Assembly: GCA_049967475.1 (NCBI GenBank)
Contig: JBMFSQ010000015.1
Coordinates: forward strand, 1 to 64,000
From: Chthonomonadales bacterium
GTDB taxonomy: Bacteria; Armatimonadota; Chthonomonadetes; Chthonomonadales; CAJBBX01
Length of the DNA: 64,000 nt
Direction: 5' to 3'
A program made the position numbers and the translations under genes. The notes under the pieces are model-generated. The model did not search any database, was not told the DNA's origin, and saw nothing but the letters and a program-made list of their open reading frames with translations. Shown here piece by piece: positions 50,801 through 60,795 of the stretch. Each line of letters opens with the position of its first letter. Positions within the stretch are counted from its first letter, which is position 1.

Positions 50801-52285
50801 TCACTGACTGCGGCTGAGGGCCGCTATGCGTTTGAGGGCTTCCTCAGCGCTATTACGGATCTGCGGGTTTGGTGACGCAGCGAACCTCTGGAGGGCATCG
50901 GCTGCCTGAGGTCCACCCATGGATCCGAGGGCGACGATCGCCCACCGCTGTGCGTTGGGAGAGCGCTGTGCGGCACGCTCGATATCCTCCACGGTGTCTT
51001 GACCTTGGCGCGCAAGAGCTCTGGCTGCAAAGTAGGCTTGAGTGTCGGGCCCTGCGAGGGCGGCGATGAGGGCGGGCCGTGCCGGAGCGCCGATGGCTGC
51101 CAGCGCCGTGGATGCGGCTTCGGCGACGTCGCCGTTTGGGTCTCTCAGCAGTGCGATAAGAGGCTTTACGGCGGGTTCATTCCCGGGGAAGCCCAGCGCC
51201 AGCGCAGCCTGAACGCGCACTTCGGCATGCCGGTCGTGGAGCAAAGCGACGAGGCCTGCGTCGGCCTTCTGTGTCTGGATGCTCGCCAGAGCCTGGGCAG
51301 CGCGAAGGCGCAGCCTCGTGTCCGGCTGTTTGAGGGCGGCGAGGAGGGCAGGAACCGCCGGCATTCCGGCACGCGCCAACCCCGACACTGCCGCCAACTC
51401 GACTTTGAGATCATAATCGGTGAGGGCTTTGATGAGCGCCGTGATCGCCTCGGGAGTAGCGATCTTGCCGAGGCCCGTGGCTGCCTGGGCACGCGCCTCG
51501 TTATCTTCGTTGGGGTTCTGCAGAGCTTGGATGAGTGCCTGTTCGCCCGACTTGTCTGCGATGAGCGCTATGGCGCCTACTGCTACGCGATGGACTGTGG
51601 GCGTGTTATCGAGCATGGGCAAGAGGTAGGGGATGGCCGCAGGGTTGCCCACTTTGCCCAGTGCGTCGCACGCTGCCGCGCGTACCCCTTCATCGGGGTC
51701 CTTGAGGTAGGGGATGAGTGTCTTTACGGACACGTCGCTTTGGGCCTTGAATGAGCCGAGCACGTCTCCGGCCGAAGACCGCGCCCCGGCCTCTTTCTTC
51801 ATGATCTCACAGACCTTGGGGATGATGCGGAGGGCTTCCTGCGGATCTTTGAGGCCCAATCGCTGCAGAGCGCGGACCGAGCCATTCCTCTGATTGGCGT
51901 CGCCTTCCTTGATGCCGGCCACCAGATTGTCCAGGTTCTTGTCGCTGCGAGCGGCGAGTTCTACGAGGGCATCCTGCGCTCGATCACGCACGGGTTTGTC
52001 TTGATCCTTCAGCATAGCATCGAGCTGGGTAACTGCTTCCGGGGTGCCGAGGGCTACCAAGGCATTGATCACGCGGAGTCGCGTGGAGAGCGGCTCGCCG
52101 GTTATGGAATCAGCGAACTGTTCTTGCTTGATGAGCTCTGCTGCAGCAGCCGCCGCTGCCTTAGGATCCGGTCCGGCCATGGCGTTGACCAGGGCTCGCA
52201 TGTGAAGGGAATGGCTCACCGCGAGACCCACCACGAGGGCAACGATGGCTCCGAAGGCAGCGTATCCCAGGTATTTCTGCTTCAT
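50801..52285 (-). CDS. Membrane-anchored HEAT/PBS-lyase repeat protein
   Basis: N-terminal TM; repeats such as LKDPDEGVRAAACDALGKVG; GGAGG RBS. Confidence 0.88.
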   Translation of the reverse strand: MKQKYLGYAAFGAIVALVVGLAVSHSLHMRALVNAMAGPDPKAAAAAAAELIKQEQFADSITGEPLSTRLRVINALVALGTPEAVTQLDAMLKDQDKPVRDRAQDALVELAARSDKNLDNLVAGIKEGDANQRNGSVRALQRLGLKDPQEALRIIPKVCEIMKKEAGARSSAGDVLGSFKAQSDVSVKTLIPYLKDPDEGVRAAACDALGKVGNPAAIPYLLPMLDNTPTVHRVAVGAIALIADKSGEQALIQALQNPNEDNEARAQAATGLGKIATPEAITALIKALTDYDLKVELAAVSGLARAGMPAVPALLAALKQPDTRLRLRAAQALASIQTQKADAGLVALLHDRHAEVRVQAALALGFPGNEPAVKPLIALLRDPNGDVAEAASTALAAIGAPARPALIAALAGPDTQAYFAARALARQGQDTVEDIERAAQRSPNAQRWAIVALGSMGGPQAADALQRFAASPNPQIRNSAEEALKRIAALSRSQ

Positions 52286-52335
52286 AAAGCACCTCCGCAG
52301 GTTTGCCGGTAATGAGCGACACGCCCCGCCCCGTG

Positions 52336-54186
52336 CTATTGGGACAAAGCGTTCACAAAGCTGCTGCACGTTACCATGGCTAGGATCGGCACGGCAACCG
52401 CCCAGAACTTCCACCGCTGGGGCGAAAAGACCTGCACCAGAAGCATCATCCCTATAGGTATCCCCACCCCTGCCATCGAGGAGGGGCTTGCCACGAACTC
52501 GCCGTGTGCAACCGACATTGCGCCCAGCATCATGAGCATCAGCGCCATCATCGCGCCGCAGGCGTATCGTTCGTTGGCTCCCAAGTCGGCCGCAATGCTC
52601 ACGAGCAGAAGCATTCCCAGCAGAAGGCCGGAGGCAAGCAAGGCGGCCGGCACAAGATAAGCCGCAGTGGCGGCATGGGCTAACAGTCCCACGAAGGCGG
52701 CCGGCATCAGAGCGCAGGCAAAAAGGGGGATCCACCACACGGCAGCCTGGCCAAAAGTGCGGCGGGGCGGCAATACGCCGATTTGGATCGGTATGGTTAC
52801 AGACGCTCCGTCGCCTTCGATGCGGATAGCATCATGGTACTCTCCAGGCTCCCACACCAGGCCGCTGTTTATTGTGATCATCAGGGTTTGAGCGCGCCGG
52901 TCCAGAACAAGGGGGCGCACGGTAACCCAAGGCGGCGCTCCGGTCACGCGGGCCATGGCCCTGCGCCTGCCGTTCCTGAGGCGAACGCGGATGCGCGCCG
53001 TACGCTCCTCTCCCTTTCGCACCCCGGCAACGGTGATGGCCGGCGGATCGGCCTCAATGGTGAGGGGCGGTGTCACGGCCGGGCGTACAATCCCTATGCG
53101 TTGGAGCAATCCCTGGCGCGCGGATGCAGATTGGGGGGCGCGGGCCTCCGGGATTGTGGGTGCAGCATCTTCGGAGCCGGCGGAACCGGAAAGGATAGGA
53201 GGGCGCAATACAACGGGAGCGTGCGCCGCAGCGCGTTCTTTGCTTTGGAGAACCGCCCCTGCGTTGCCGACACCATTTCGGTAATCCACTACAGCCTGAG
53301 GATGGAAGGAAGGGTTCGGGTACGAAATATGGCGAGACTGCGGCGTCCGGACACTCGATCCGTCGGGCGATGGCGCAACTTCTTGGTTGACCAATTGTTG
53401 GATATCATGCAGGAACTCTGCGGCGGTGGAGTATCTTTGGGTCTTTTCGCGGGCGAGGGCGCGCGCGATGACGGCTTGGAGCTTCAACGGAGCATCCGGC
53501 AGGTAGCGGGTGAGGGGGGTGGGATCTTCATTGAGGAGGATCCTGCGCCAGGCGAAGGGATCTTTGGGACGAGCGGGGCAGAATGGGCGGTGGCCGGTGA
53601 GCATCTCGTACAGCGTTACACCCACGGCCCAGAGATCGCTGCGGTGATCCGAATGCCGTTCCTCGTCGAAGTCCTCGGGAGCCATGTAGGCGTACGTTCC
53701 AGCCCCGCCGGCATAGGAATTGGTGGCCAGGATCTCCGCGAGGCCGAAGTCCACGAGTTTCACCACATCGCCGGCTGCCACGAGGATGTTGGCCGGCTTG
53801 ATGTCTCGGTGGATTACGTGGAGGCGATGGGCGTAATCCAGAGCCTGAAGTACCTGCGAAGCGATGGAGAGGGCGCGTTCCTGAGCAAGGCACCCTTCGG
53901 TTCGCAGCATCTGCTGCAGATTAGGGCCGTCCACGTACTCCATATCGAGGACTACGCGCCCGTCTATCACGTCTACGCCGTTGACATGCACGATATTGGG
54001 ATGATCGAGGCGATCCAGAAGGCGGGCTTCCTCGAGGAAGCGGGTGACGTCTCCTGCGTGAATGTCTATCTCTTTGAGGGCCACGAGGCGGCGCAGGAGT
54101 GTGTCCCGGGCGAGGTACACAATGCCCGTGGCTCCATGACCAAGCACGCTCAATCGCTCATATTTGCCGATGTTATCTAGGCGCAT
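52336..54186 (-). CDS. Hanks-type Ser/Thr protein kinase with C-terminal TM helices
   Basis: LGHGATGIV, VALKE, HRDIKPAN, DFG, YMAPE; Ig-like segment and about 4 TM. Confidence 0.93.
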   Translation of the reverse strand: MRLDNIGKYERLSVLGHGATGIVYLARDTLLRRLVALKEIDIHAGDVTRFLEEARLLDRLDHPNIVHVNGVDVIDGRVVLDMEYVDGPNLQQMLRTEGCLAQERALSIASQVLQALDYAHRLHVIHRDIKPANILVAAGDVVKLVDFGLAEILATNSYAGGAGTYAYMAPEDFDEERHSDHRSDLWAVGVTLYEMLTGHRPFCPARPKDPFAWRRILLNEDPTPLTRYLPDAPLKLQAVIARALAREKTQRYSTAAEFLHDIQQLVNQEVAPSPDGSSVRTPQSRHISYPNPSFHPQAVVDYRNGVGNAGAVLQSKERAAAHAPVVLRPPILSGSAGSEDAAPTIPEARAPQSASARQGLLQRIGIVRPAVTPPLTIEADPPAITVAGVRKGEERTARIRVRLRNGRRRAMARVTGAPPWVTVRPLVLDRRAQTLMITINSGLVWEPGEYHDAIRIEGDGASVTIPIQIGVLPPRRTFGQAAVWWIPLFACALMPAAFVGLLAHAATAAYLVPAALLASGLLLGMLLLVSIAADLGANERYACGAMMALMLMMLGAMSVAHGEFVASPSSMAGVGIPIGMMLLVQVFSPQRWKFWAVAVPILAMVTCSSFVNALSQ

Positions 54187-55636
54187 AGCTCTTGCCGGCT
54201 GCAGGAACGGGACCTATCCGAGGGGCAAGTGGGCGCGGTCGCAGGACCTTGAGGATATGGCCGTCCACAACATAGACGTTGCCGGCTCCGTCTACTGCGA
54301 TGCCCTGGGGATCGTTCAGGGAGCCGACGCCGATTTCCGCCACACGCGTGCCGGATGGGTCATACTTGTGAACGCGGCGGGCGTACCGGTCGGACACATA
54401 GAGGAAGCCGCGGGCATCAACCGCCCAATATTGCGGAGCAGGTGAGGCTTTGGCTGCCCGCGGGTCGGGGGGCCCGAAGTCCGGAGTTGGGCCTTCGGCC
54501 CGAGAGATGCGGAGAATGCGCCCGGAGAGGGAGAGGGCGTAGATATTGCCGGATGTGTCACATGCCAGCGGCGCTCCTTGAACCGGCTTAGATGTAACGA
54601 TCTCCGGCGGCCCATACTCCACAGCAGCTTCCTGGACTGCACCGGCGTTTTCCTTCAACGGTTGTACGGGAACGGGCGGCGGAATGAGGAAGCCGCGCAA
54701 GAAGAGGTAAGCCGTGACTGCAGAGAGGATCGCCACCAGCACGAGGAAGGATGTTGGGCCCCGGCGATGGGATGACCGCGGCGCCGCAGCCAATACGTCC
54801 AGGGGCGGTACGTAAGACGCGTCCTCGTCCAGGTTTGGCGGGAGTACAACGGGTTCGAAGGGACCGAAGTGCACTACGATTACGGTGATGTTGTCGGCGC
54901 CGCCTTGAAGGTTGGCCGAGGCCACCAGGCGGTCAGCCGCTTCTTGAGCGGAGGGCGCGGCGGCTAGGATGCGGGCGATCTGCGGATCCGTAAGCATCGT
55001 GCTCAGGCCGTCCGTGCAGAGCAGCAGCGCATCACCGGGTGCGAGATCCACCAGGTCTACATCGGGTTGAACCGTAGGAGCCCCTCCGATTACCCGCGTG
55101 ATGACGTTTCGGAAGCGGCTGACGCGCGCCTCAGCAGGGGAAAGCTCGCCGGCGTTCACGTAGTCTTGTACCAAAGAGTGGTCGCAGGTAATCTGGGTCA
55201 GAACGCCTTGGCGAAGGCGATATACGCGGCTGTCGCCCACGTTTCCGACGGCGGCCACGTGTCCGACAATCAGCGCAGCGACGCACGTGGTGCCCATTCC
55301 CTGGAACTCTGGGTCCTGGGTGGCTCGGCGCCACACTGCCTCGTTGGCAGCTTCGAGGGCCTTGTGGAGGGTGCGCACCAGGAACTCGGGTATCGCTTCG
55401 GCTTGAAGTTCTTCGAGGCAGCCCGCTACAGTGGCGGCCACCGTGTCCACGGCGATGCGGCTGGCGACTTCCCCTCCGGCGCGGCCGCCCATTCCATCGG
55501 CCACAACGAACAGCCCGTCGGCTCGTGACGCGAGCTCCTGGCGCAGCCATACGCCGGCAGCGTCTTGGTTCATGCGGCGCACGCGGCCGGTGTCTGTGGC
55601 AAATCCGGTATCCAATTGAGGGGTCTGCGTCTGCAT
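54173..55636 (-). CDS. PP2C/PPM Ser/Thr phosphatase with TM and NHL-like repeats
   Basis: NQD, VADGMGG, NVGDSR, CTDGL, DNIT; LNDPQGIAVDGAGNVYVVD. Confidence 0.92.
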   Translation of the reverse strand: MQTQTPQLDTGFATDTGRVRRMNQDAAGVWLRQELASRADGLFVVADGMGGRAGGEVASRIAVDTVAATVAGCLEELQAEAIPEFLVRTLHKALEAANEAVWRRATQDPEFQGMGTTCVAALIVGHVAAVGNVGDSRVYRLRQGVLTQITCDHSLVQDYVNAGELSPAEARVSRFRNVITRVIGGAPTVQPDVDLVDLAPGDALLLCTDGLSTMLTDPQIARILAAAPSAQEAADRLVASANLQGGADNITVIVVHFGPFEPVVLPPNLDEDASYVPPLDVLAAAPRSSHRRGPTSFLVLVAILSAVTAYLFLRGFLIPPPVPVQPLKENAGAVQEAAVEYGPPEIVTSKPVQGAPLACDTSGNIYALSLSGRILRISRAEGPTPDFGPPDPRAAKASPAPQYWAVDARGFLYVSDRYARRVHKYDPSGTRVAEIGVGSLNDPQGIAVDGAGNVYVVDGHILKVLRPRPLAPRIGPVPAAGKSYAPR

Positions 55637-55745
55637 TGTGCGTATGGGGGTCAATCGAGATCGCGCCGTATCAGCCAAGCAATGTAAGCGGCCAGAAACA
55701 GGAGCATGGCCAGAAAGATGAACCGAGCTATGCCCAGCAATACGT

Positions 55746-56870
55746 TCACGGCCCTTCTCCATCCAGGCGAAAAGCCAGGATCCCGAAGATGATGCGGTCC
55801 CCAGGTTCCACGGATGCTGCCGCCCCAGGAGGAACGCTCACGCCGTTGACTTTGACCACACCCTGGGGATCCAGTGCCTCGACGGTGCAGGGGCGGCCGG
55901 TGCGGATGAGGGCATGGCGCATGGCAACAGATGCATCCCGAAGCACAATGTCGCTGGTTGGAGCCCTGCCTACGAGGGTTTCCGGGGCGATCGGGTATCG
56001 GGCGGCCTCGCCTGGTCCTTCGATCTGCACCAGATGCATCACCGATGATGTTGCGGGCGGCATGGCTGCCTGGGCGGGAGTATGCTGGTGGAATTGGATG
56101 CGGGTGGCGCCGATGCGGATTTCGTCGCCATCGTTCAGGGTGGTGTTATCTACGCGGTGACCATTCACCTGGGTGCCGTTGGTGGTGTCCAGATCATAAA
56201 GAGTGAATTTGCCGTCCCTCTCCAGTTCCAGGCGCACATGTCGGCGGGACACCATTCCGTCTCGGTTCAGTACAAGGTCGTTGGCTGCGTGAGCCGAACG
56301 CCCAATCGTGAAGGCCCTGCCATAGATCGGTACGTCAAATGGGGGCCGGTCGGCTGTGTGGACTGTAAGGGTAGCGATGGGCACGCCAGGGACCGTAGGT
56401 TGATCGGAGAGTTCGTCTGCTGGGAGGGTGGCCTCGTCCGGTGAAGGTGGCTCTGCGAGCACCGGTGCAGGCGGCCGTCCCGACGGAGATTGGCGCGGAC
56501 TGTACCGGCACCTAATACGCACTTTGCTGTGGCCGCGATGCTCCGCCGGGTCAATTTCTCGGATGGTGAAATCCAGAGGGCCGCGGATCTCATATCCGTT
56601 CTGGCGGCAGTAGCGCACGATTGCAGCCTCGAGTTCCTCGCGATCCAGGAACGAGTAGAGATAGTCCCGTTCCTCTTCATCTTCTACGGCAAGCTCGATG
56701 ATATACCGATTGGGCACGTAGACGCGGCCGTCCACCCCTTCCTTGCAGTGCTCTTCCAGGGCGACGATAATCTTGCGGAGGATATCTTTGGGGCGCACGT
56801 CGTCGCCTGCTCCAAAGAGCCCTTCATACCACGCGCCAAAGGCTCGGTTGATTTTCTCGAACACGTCCAT
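55746..56870 (-). CDS. FhaA-like protein (DUF3662-like N-terminus plus two FHA domains)
   Basis: VRPKDILRKI...VPNRY; IGRS..VSRRH..STNG-like TTNGT; second FHA VGRA..VAMRHA. Confidence 0.87.
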   Translation of the reverse strand: MDVFEKINRAFGAWYEGLFGAGDDVRPKDILRKIIVALEEHCKEGVDGRVYVPNRYIIELAVEDEEERDYLYSFLDREELEAAIVRYCRQNGYEIRGPLDFTIREIDPAEHRGHSKVRIRCRYSPRQSPSGRPPAPVLAEPPSPDEATLPADELSDQPTVPGVPIATLTVHTADRPPFDVPIYGRAFTIGRSAHAANDLVLNRDGMVSRRHVRLELERDGKFTLYDLDTTNGTQVNGHRVDNTTLNDGDEIRIGATRIQFHQHTPAQAAMPPATSSVMHLVQIEGPGEAARYPIAPETLVGRAPTSDIVLRDASVAMRHALIRTGRPCTVEALDPQGVVKVNGVSVPPGAAASVEPGDRIIFGILAFRLDGEGP

Positions 56871-57287
56871 GAAAGAGTACTCCCCGGGGGTCTCCGCAGC
56901 CTGAGCTTTCTTATTGTATCGCGCCACGGTGCGGGGCGTCAAATGGGGGTCAGCGGCGCCGATGCTCCTTGATGATGCCGGTCGCGATGCTTCCGACCGT
57001 GGCGGCCCCCAGAGGCTCCAAACCCGGGCGGTTTCCCATTCACTCGAGGCTATGAGGACGGTATCGTCCGACGCCTTGTTGCGCACTAACTTCCAACGGA
57101 GGCTTCTCAGGTGGAAAGCGGCCTCGAGGGCGGGTTCCACGCCCAGAAAGATGGCTGCGGTGCGGGCACAGCCTTTGTTGCGGTGGAGGGCGCCGGCGGC
57201 GAAGGAGAGCGCCCGGCAGTTTGGGGCATACTCGAGGGCTGTACGGCAGGAGAAAGAGGTCCTGCCTCCTCGCATAATTGCCAGTTA

Positions 57288-57316
57288 TTGACGAAGGTGT
57301 TGGAGCCAGATATAAT
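57288..57316 (+). promoter_or_regulatory. sigma70-type promoter
   Basis: TTGACG-17 nt-TATAAT. Confidence 0.75.
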
Positions 57317-57377
57317 GGACCGGCTGGATGGACCTTTCGCGTTTGATGGGCCATGTCACGTCCGTGAGGATACGGCT

Positions 57378-59258
57378 ATGTACTGGGATGCCCTGGCATT
57401 GGTGGGCGGCGTGATGCTGGTTGCCGCGCCTATCGTGTGGCACCGACACAAGGTTCTGGCGGAAGCACGTGCGGCGGTGCGCGAGATATTTACTCCGAAA
57501 TGTCGGTCATTCCGGGAGCGGTTCCGCGAATTCTTCCCCACGGGCATCAACCCGCCCGCCCATCACGACAAGACGATTGATGGGGGATGCGCCATAGCCG
57601 GGGCCGCCGGTTTACCGAACGTCGCAGAGAGAGGCGTTGGCGACACGGACCAACTTGGAGTGGTTGCAGCGCTCGGTGAATCCGCCGTTACGGCCGGATA
57701 CATGGTCGCCGGACTTCTCGCAGTAGATCAGCACTTCTACGGCGCGATTTCCGAGCTGGCGGGGCACCAGATCACCACCTTTGCGGACCTTCATGCTCAC
57801 GTAGCGGACTATGCGTCAACGTTTCTGGGAGGCGTGAAGGAGGGGGTTGTAACGAAGGTCCAGGGGCACGTTGCGGAGCAAGTCGTAGCGGAACACCTGC
57901 AGAAACTCGGCCACCACGTAGAGTTTGCGCCCACGTCGAACCAGGCAGGCTACGATCTGGTGGTAGATCACCACTTTCTCGTGAATGTGAAAGACCACGT
58001 GGACATGGGCGGGATTTACGAACATTTCGCCCACAATCCCGATATACCCGTGATTGTTGGAGCGCACACGGAGGGTGTGCCCATTGATGCTCTGCATATT
58101 GACGCGGCGTCTGGACTGGACCAGTTCCCCGACGCCGTTCACGGATCCCATGCTGTAATCGTTGACAACGGGCTCGACCATGATGCCCTCGCGTCCCATA
58201 CGCGGGCGGCGCTCGATGCCGCTGCCGGGCATGTGCCGCTCCACGTGCCGTGGATAACTCTCGGATTATCGGGTTGGCGCGAGGGAAAGCTACTGCTCAA
58301 TCAAAAGACTGATTTCGAGCGGGCGCTCAGAAATATCGGTCTGGATGCCGCGGGGACAGGCATCGGAGGTGCCACCGGGGCGAAGGTTGGCGGGGTTGTC
58401 GGCACCTTCCTTGCTCCCGGCGTCGGTACGCTGGTTGGGGCAGTGGTGGGAGGGATTGCGGGGGCGCTTGGTGGCCGCCACGTTACAAACCAAGTGAAGT
58501 ACGCACCGCTGAGGGCGGCACAGGAGGCATACCAGGAGGCCTATGGCCAACTGAGCGACACAATGACCGCCGCAAGGCAAGAAGCCGAGACCGCGTACGA
58601 GCGTGCGAGGCAGGCTGCATCGGGTGCACTGCAGAACGTAGCTCAGTCGAGCCAGTCAGCAATAGTCAACACGGCGAGCCAATGCGAGGAAGCTCTTCGC
58701 TTCGCTGCAACTCTGGCACCTGCGCAAGAGGCCAAACTACTCGATGCCGCGCGGAGCGCCATGACAGCCGAATGGGAAAAGGCTGGAGCGAAAGTCGCGG
58801 AACTTCGGGCTCAACCGATATGGCTGAGGGTGTTCTGGCCGAATTCAGGAATAGCGCGAACACTGGAACATTGGCGAGCCGCGAAGCACCGAAGAAGGGA
58901 GTTCGAGCGGCGCGTTCGCAAGATACTCGAGAGGGTTGAGCCTGGGCCGAAGCGGGCGGAAGCGCTCTTCGACGCCGTATTGCAGTATGGATATGGAGAA
59001 CGCGAAGCGGACGAATACCTGATTCAACTTCGAGAGCACGTAGAGCGGAACCGGCAGAGACTGGGTGAAGCGGTTGATGTGGCGCTGCGGGCAGTACTCG
59101 ACTGCCGTGCCCAGCAAGTGAATAAGCTGCGGGAGCTTGTAGAACGGCTTGCCCGTGAGCTGGAGGCCAGAATAAAGCCATACGCGGATCGCCTGCGTTC
59201 AGCGGAGCATCGCTTGCGAACTGAAATGCAAAAGTTCGGCGTTGATCCCGGAACGTGA
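57378..59258 (+). CDS. Hypothetical membrane protein with PD-(D/E)xK-like motif, glycine zipper and coiled coil
   Basis: N-terminal TM; GHVAEQVVAEHL...NQAGYDLVVD...VNVK; GGATGAKVGGVVG...GGIAGALGG; helical C-terminus. Confidence 0.75.
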   Translation: MYWDALALVGGVMLVAAPIVWHRHKVLAEARAAVREIFTPKCRSFRERFREFFPTGINPPAHHDKTIDGGCAIAGAAGLPNVAERGVGDTDQLGVVAALGESAVTAGYMVAGLLAVDQHFYGAISELAGHQITTFADLHAHVADYASTFLGGVKEGVVTKVQGHVAEQVVAEHLQKLGHHVEFAPTSNQAGYDLVVDHHFLVNVKDHVDMGGIYEHFAHNPDIPVIVGAHTEGVPIDALHIDAASGLDQFPDAVHGSHAVIVDNGLDHDALASHTRAALDAAAGHVPLHVPWITLGLSGWREGKLLLNQKTDFERALRNIGLDAAGTGIGGATGAKVGGVVGTFLAPGVGTLVGAVVGGIAGALGGRHVTNQVKYAPLRAAQEAYQEAYGQLSDTMTAARQEAETAYERARQAASGALQNVAQSSQSAIVNTASQCEEALRFAATLAPAQEAKLLDAARSAMTAEWEKAGAKVAELRAQPIWLRVFWPNSGIARTLEHWRAAKHRRREFERRVRKILERVEPGPKRAEALFDAVLQYGYGEREADEYLIQLREHVERNRQRLGEAVDVALRAVLDCRAQQVNKLRELVERLARELEARIKPYADRLRSAEHRLRTEMQKFGVDPGT

Positions 59259-59479
59259 GCGGATCGGCTCAGGCGTGGTTCCCGCCGGGGCTGAGGTGGA
59301 ATGCACGGCGACGGCGCCCTATGGGCATTCGCGCTGAAGCGGGATGATGAACGAGGTGCTGGGCTCGCTGCTCTTCACGTCCATGCGTTGCACCAGGGTT
59401 GGAAAGATGGCCGCTTCGGTTGATCAGCACGCGATGGGATGGCGCACGCAGGGCCTCGGCAGCGCCAAATCGGCCGTTG

Positions 59480-59640
59480 TAGTACCGCGCACCCACCTGC
59501 ATCAGCCCCGCATCCCCGTCGGACCAATAGCCCCAAGACCCTGCAAACCGGTAGAGATTGGTGGAGTTGCCCGCTGCAGCTACCGTCTGCCCGAAGGCTT
59601 CATAGGTGAGGGAACAGGTGATTGTTTGATCGGCGCGGGT
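59480..59640 (-). pseudogene. RHS repeat-associated core fragment
   Basis: Translated by hand as TITCSLTYEAFGQTVAAAGNSTNLYRFAGSWGYWSDGDAGLMQVGARYY, with no start and breaking off after ARYY. Confidence 0.8.
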
Positions 59641-59981
59641 TACCGTCCTTTCTGAGCCGAAGCCGGCAAGGAGCGGGAAGCCTTCGAGCGCTGCGCGGCG
59701 GCATCGTTTAGGATTTTCCAGATCACGGGATCTCTAGCGTATCCCCGCTCCACCTCAAGGTACCGCTCGAATTGGAGGGCGGACCTACCGCACCGAGGTA
59801 CCACACGCGTCACGTCCGCACCACGCGCAATGAGCAACCGGAGGGTCGAATACCGCCTAGTCAATACCGCCTCGCACAAGCCGTCGTTTGGATCCACGCC
59901 GTGGTCAATGAGAAAGGACACGGCTTCGTTCTTCCCGGCATATGCTGCCTCCTCGATAGCTGTGGGGCCCTTGAAGCTCAG
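59640..59981 (-). pseudogene. 5'-truncated ankyrin-repeat protein (possible toxin immunity gene)
   Basis: GPTAIEEAAYAGKNEAVSFLIDHGVDPN...LRLLIARGADV; first repeat begins upstream of GTG 59921 and the frame is closed by TAA at 59994-59996. Confidence 0.65.
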
Positions 59982-60264
59982 GGCGGGGCAGGATTATACG
60001 GCGATCCCAGCCGGCCATCGGTGTGGAACGGCATGTTCAGCATCCGGACGCTCAGCGCAGGCGGAAGCGCCGACGCACAGGACCGGCGCTCTATCGAGAT
60101 CCGCCTGAAGAACGGGCATCCCTGCTTCGAGTTGATCCCCCGCGTGAGAGAACACCCCCCAATCTCAGAGATCGCCGAATTCGCCCCGTTGGCGGCAATC
60201 TCCGTCCGCGGTCATCCCTTGGTGGACCGGCGGCGCCTGATGAAGCCGGAAATCAAAGTGATGC

Positions 60265-60294
60265 TTGACAAAGACGATCGGAATAGTCTATCAT
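60265..60294 (+). promoter_or_regulatory. sigma70-type promoter of the OsmC-like gene
   Basis: TTGACA-18 nt-TATCAT, 9 nt before ATG 60304. Confidence 0.55.
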
Positions 60295-60303
60295 GCGGCC
60301 GCT

Positions 60304-60795
60304 ATGACCACGAACACCTTCGACAACGTAACGAAGCCGCCTCGGAACGTAATCACCTTCTCGGCTCAGGCGTCCTGGCGCGGCGAGGGCGTCGGCGTGG
60401 ATGTCACCGCGCGCGGCCACCGGCTGTCGGCCGACGAGCCGGCGGAGCTAGGCGGTAGAGACATCGGGCCAAACCCGGTTGAATTGGTACTTGCCGGGCT
60501 CGGGAGCTGCCTTACCGTTCTTGCCGCTCTCTTCGCGCCGAAGCATGGTGTGGATCTCCAGGCTTTCGCCGTAGATGTGGAAGGAGATCTCGATCCGGCG
60601 GGGTTTCAGGAGCTTGCCGACGTGCGGCCGGGCTTTCTGCGAATTCGGTATCGGATCCGGGTGGGCTCCCCCTCGCCACGAGATAGGGTGGAAGCTCTTC
60701 TGGAGCACATCCAACGCGTGTGCCCCGTCAAGGACACGCTAACCGGCGTGCCCATCGAATATGGGGGCGCGGAGCATGTGCCGACCGCAGCATGA
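60304..60795 (+). CDS. OsmC/Ohr family protein
   Basis: DEPAELGG.D.GPNPVELVLAGLGSC...CPVKDTL (two conserved Cys). Confidence 0.9.
   Translation: MTTNTFDNVTKPPRNVITFSAQASWRGEGVGVDVTARGHRLSADEPAELGGRDIGPNPVELVLAGLGSCLTVLAALFAPKHGVDLQAFAVDVEGDLDPAGFQELADVRPGFLRIRYRIRVGSPSPRDRVEALLEHIQRVCPVKDTLTGVPIEYGGAEHVPTAA

Noticed and set aside
27441..57275. Long N-terminal extensions in the ORF track (cytochrome b from 28661, CbcL-like from 33101, anti-sigma from 50381, HEAT from 52738, FHA from 57275)
   Set aside because: They overlap upstream genes or intergenic DNA; starts were trimmed using RBS, signal peptide or domain boundaries.
59997..60260. Possible small gene between the ankyrin relic and the OsmC-like gene
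   Set aside because: No frame gives a recognisable motif, RBS or clean boundaries.
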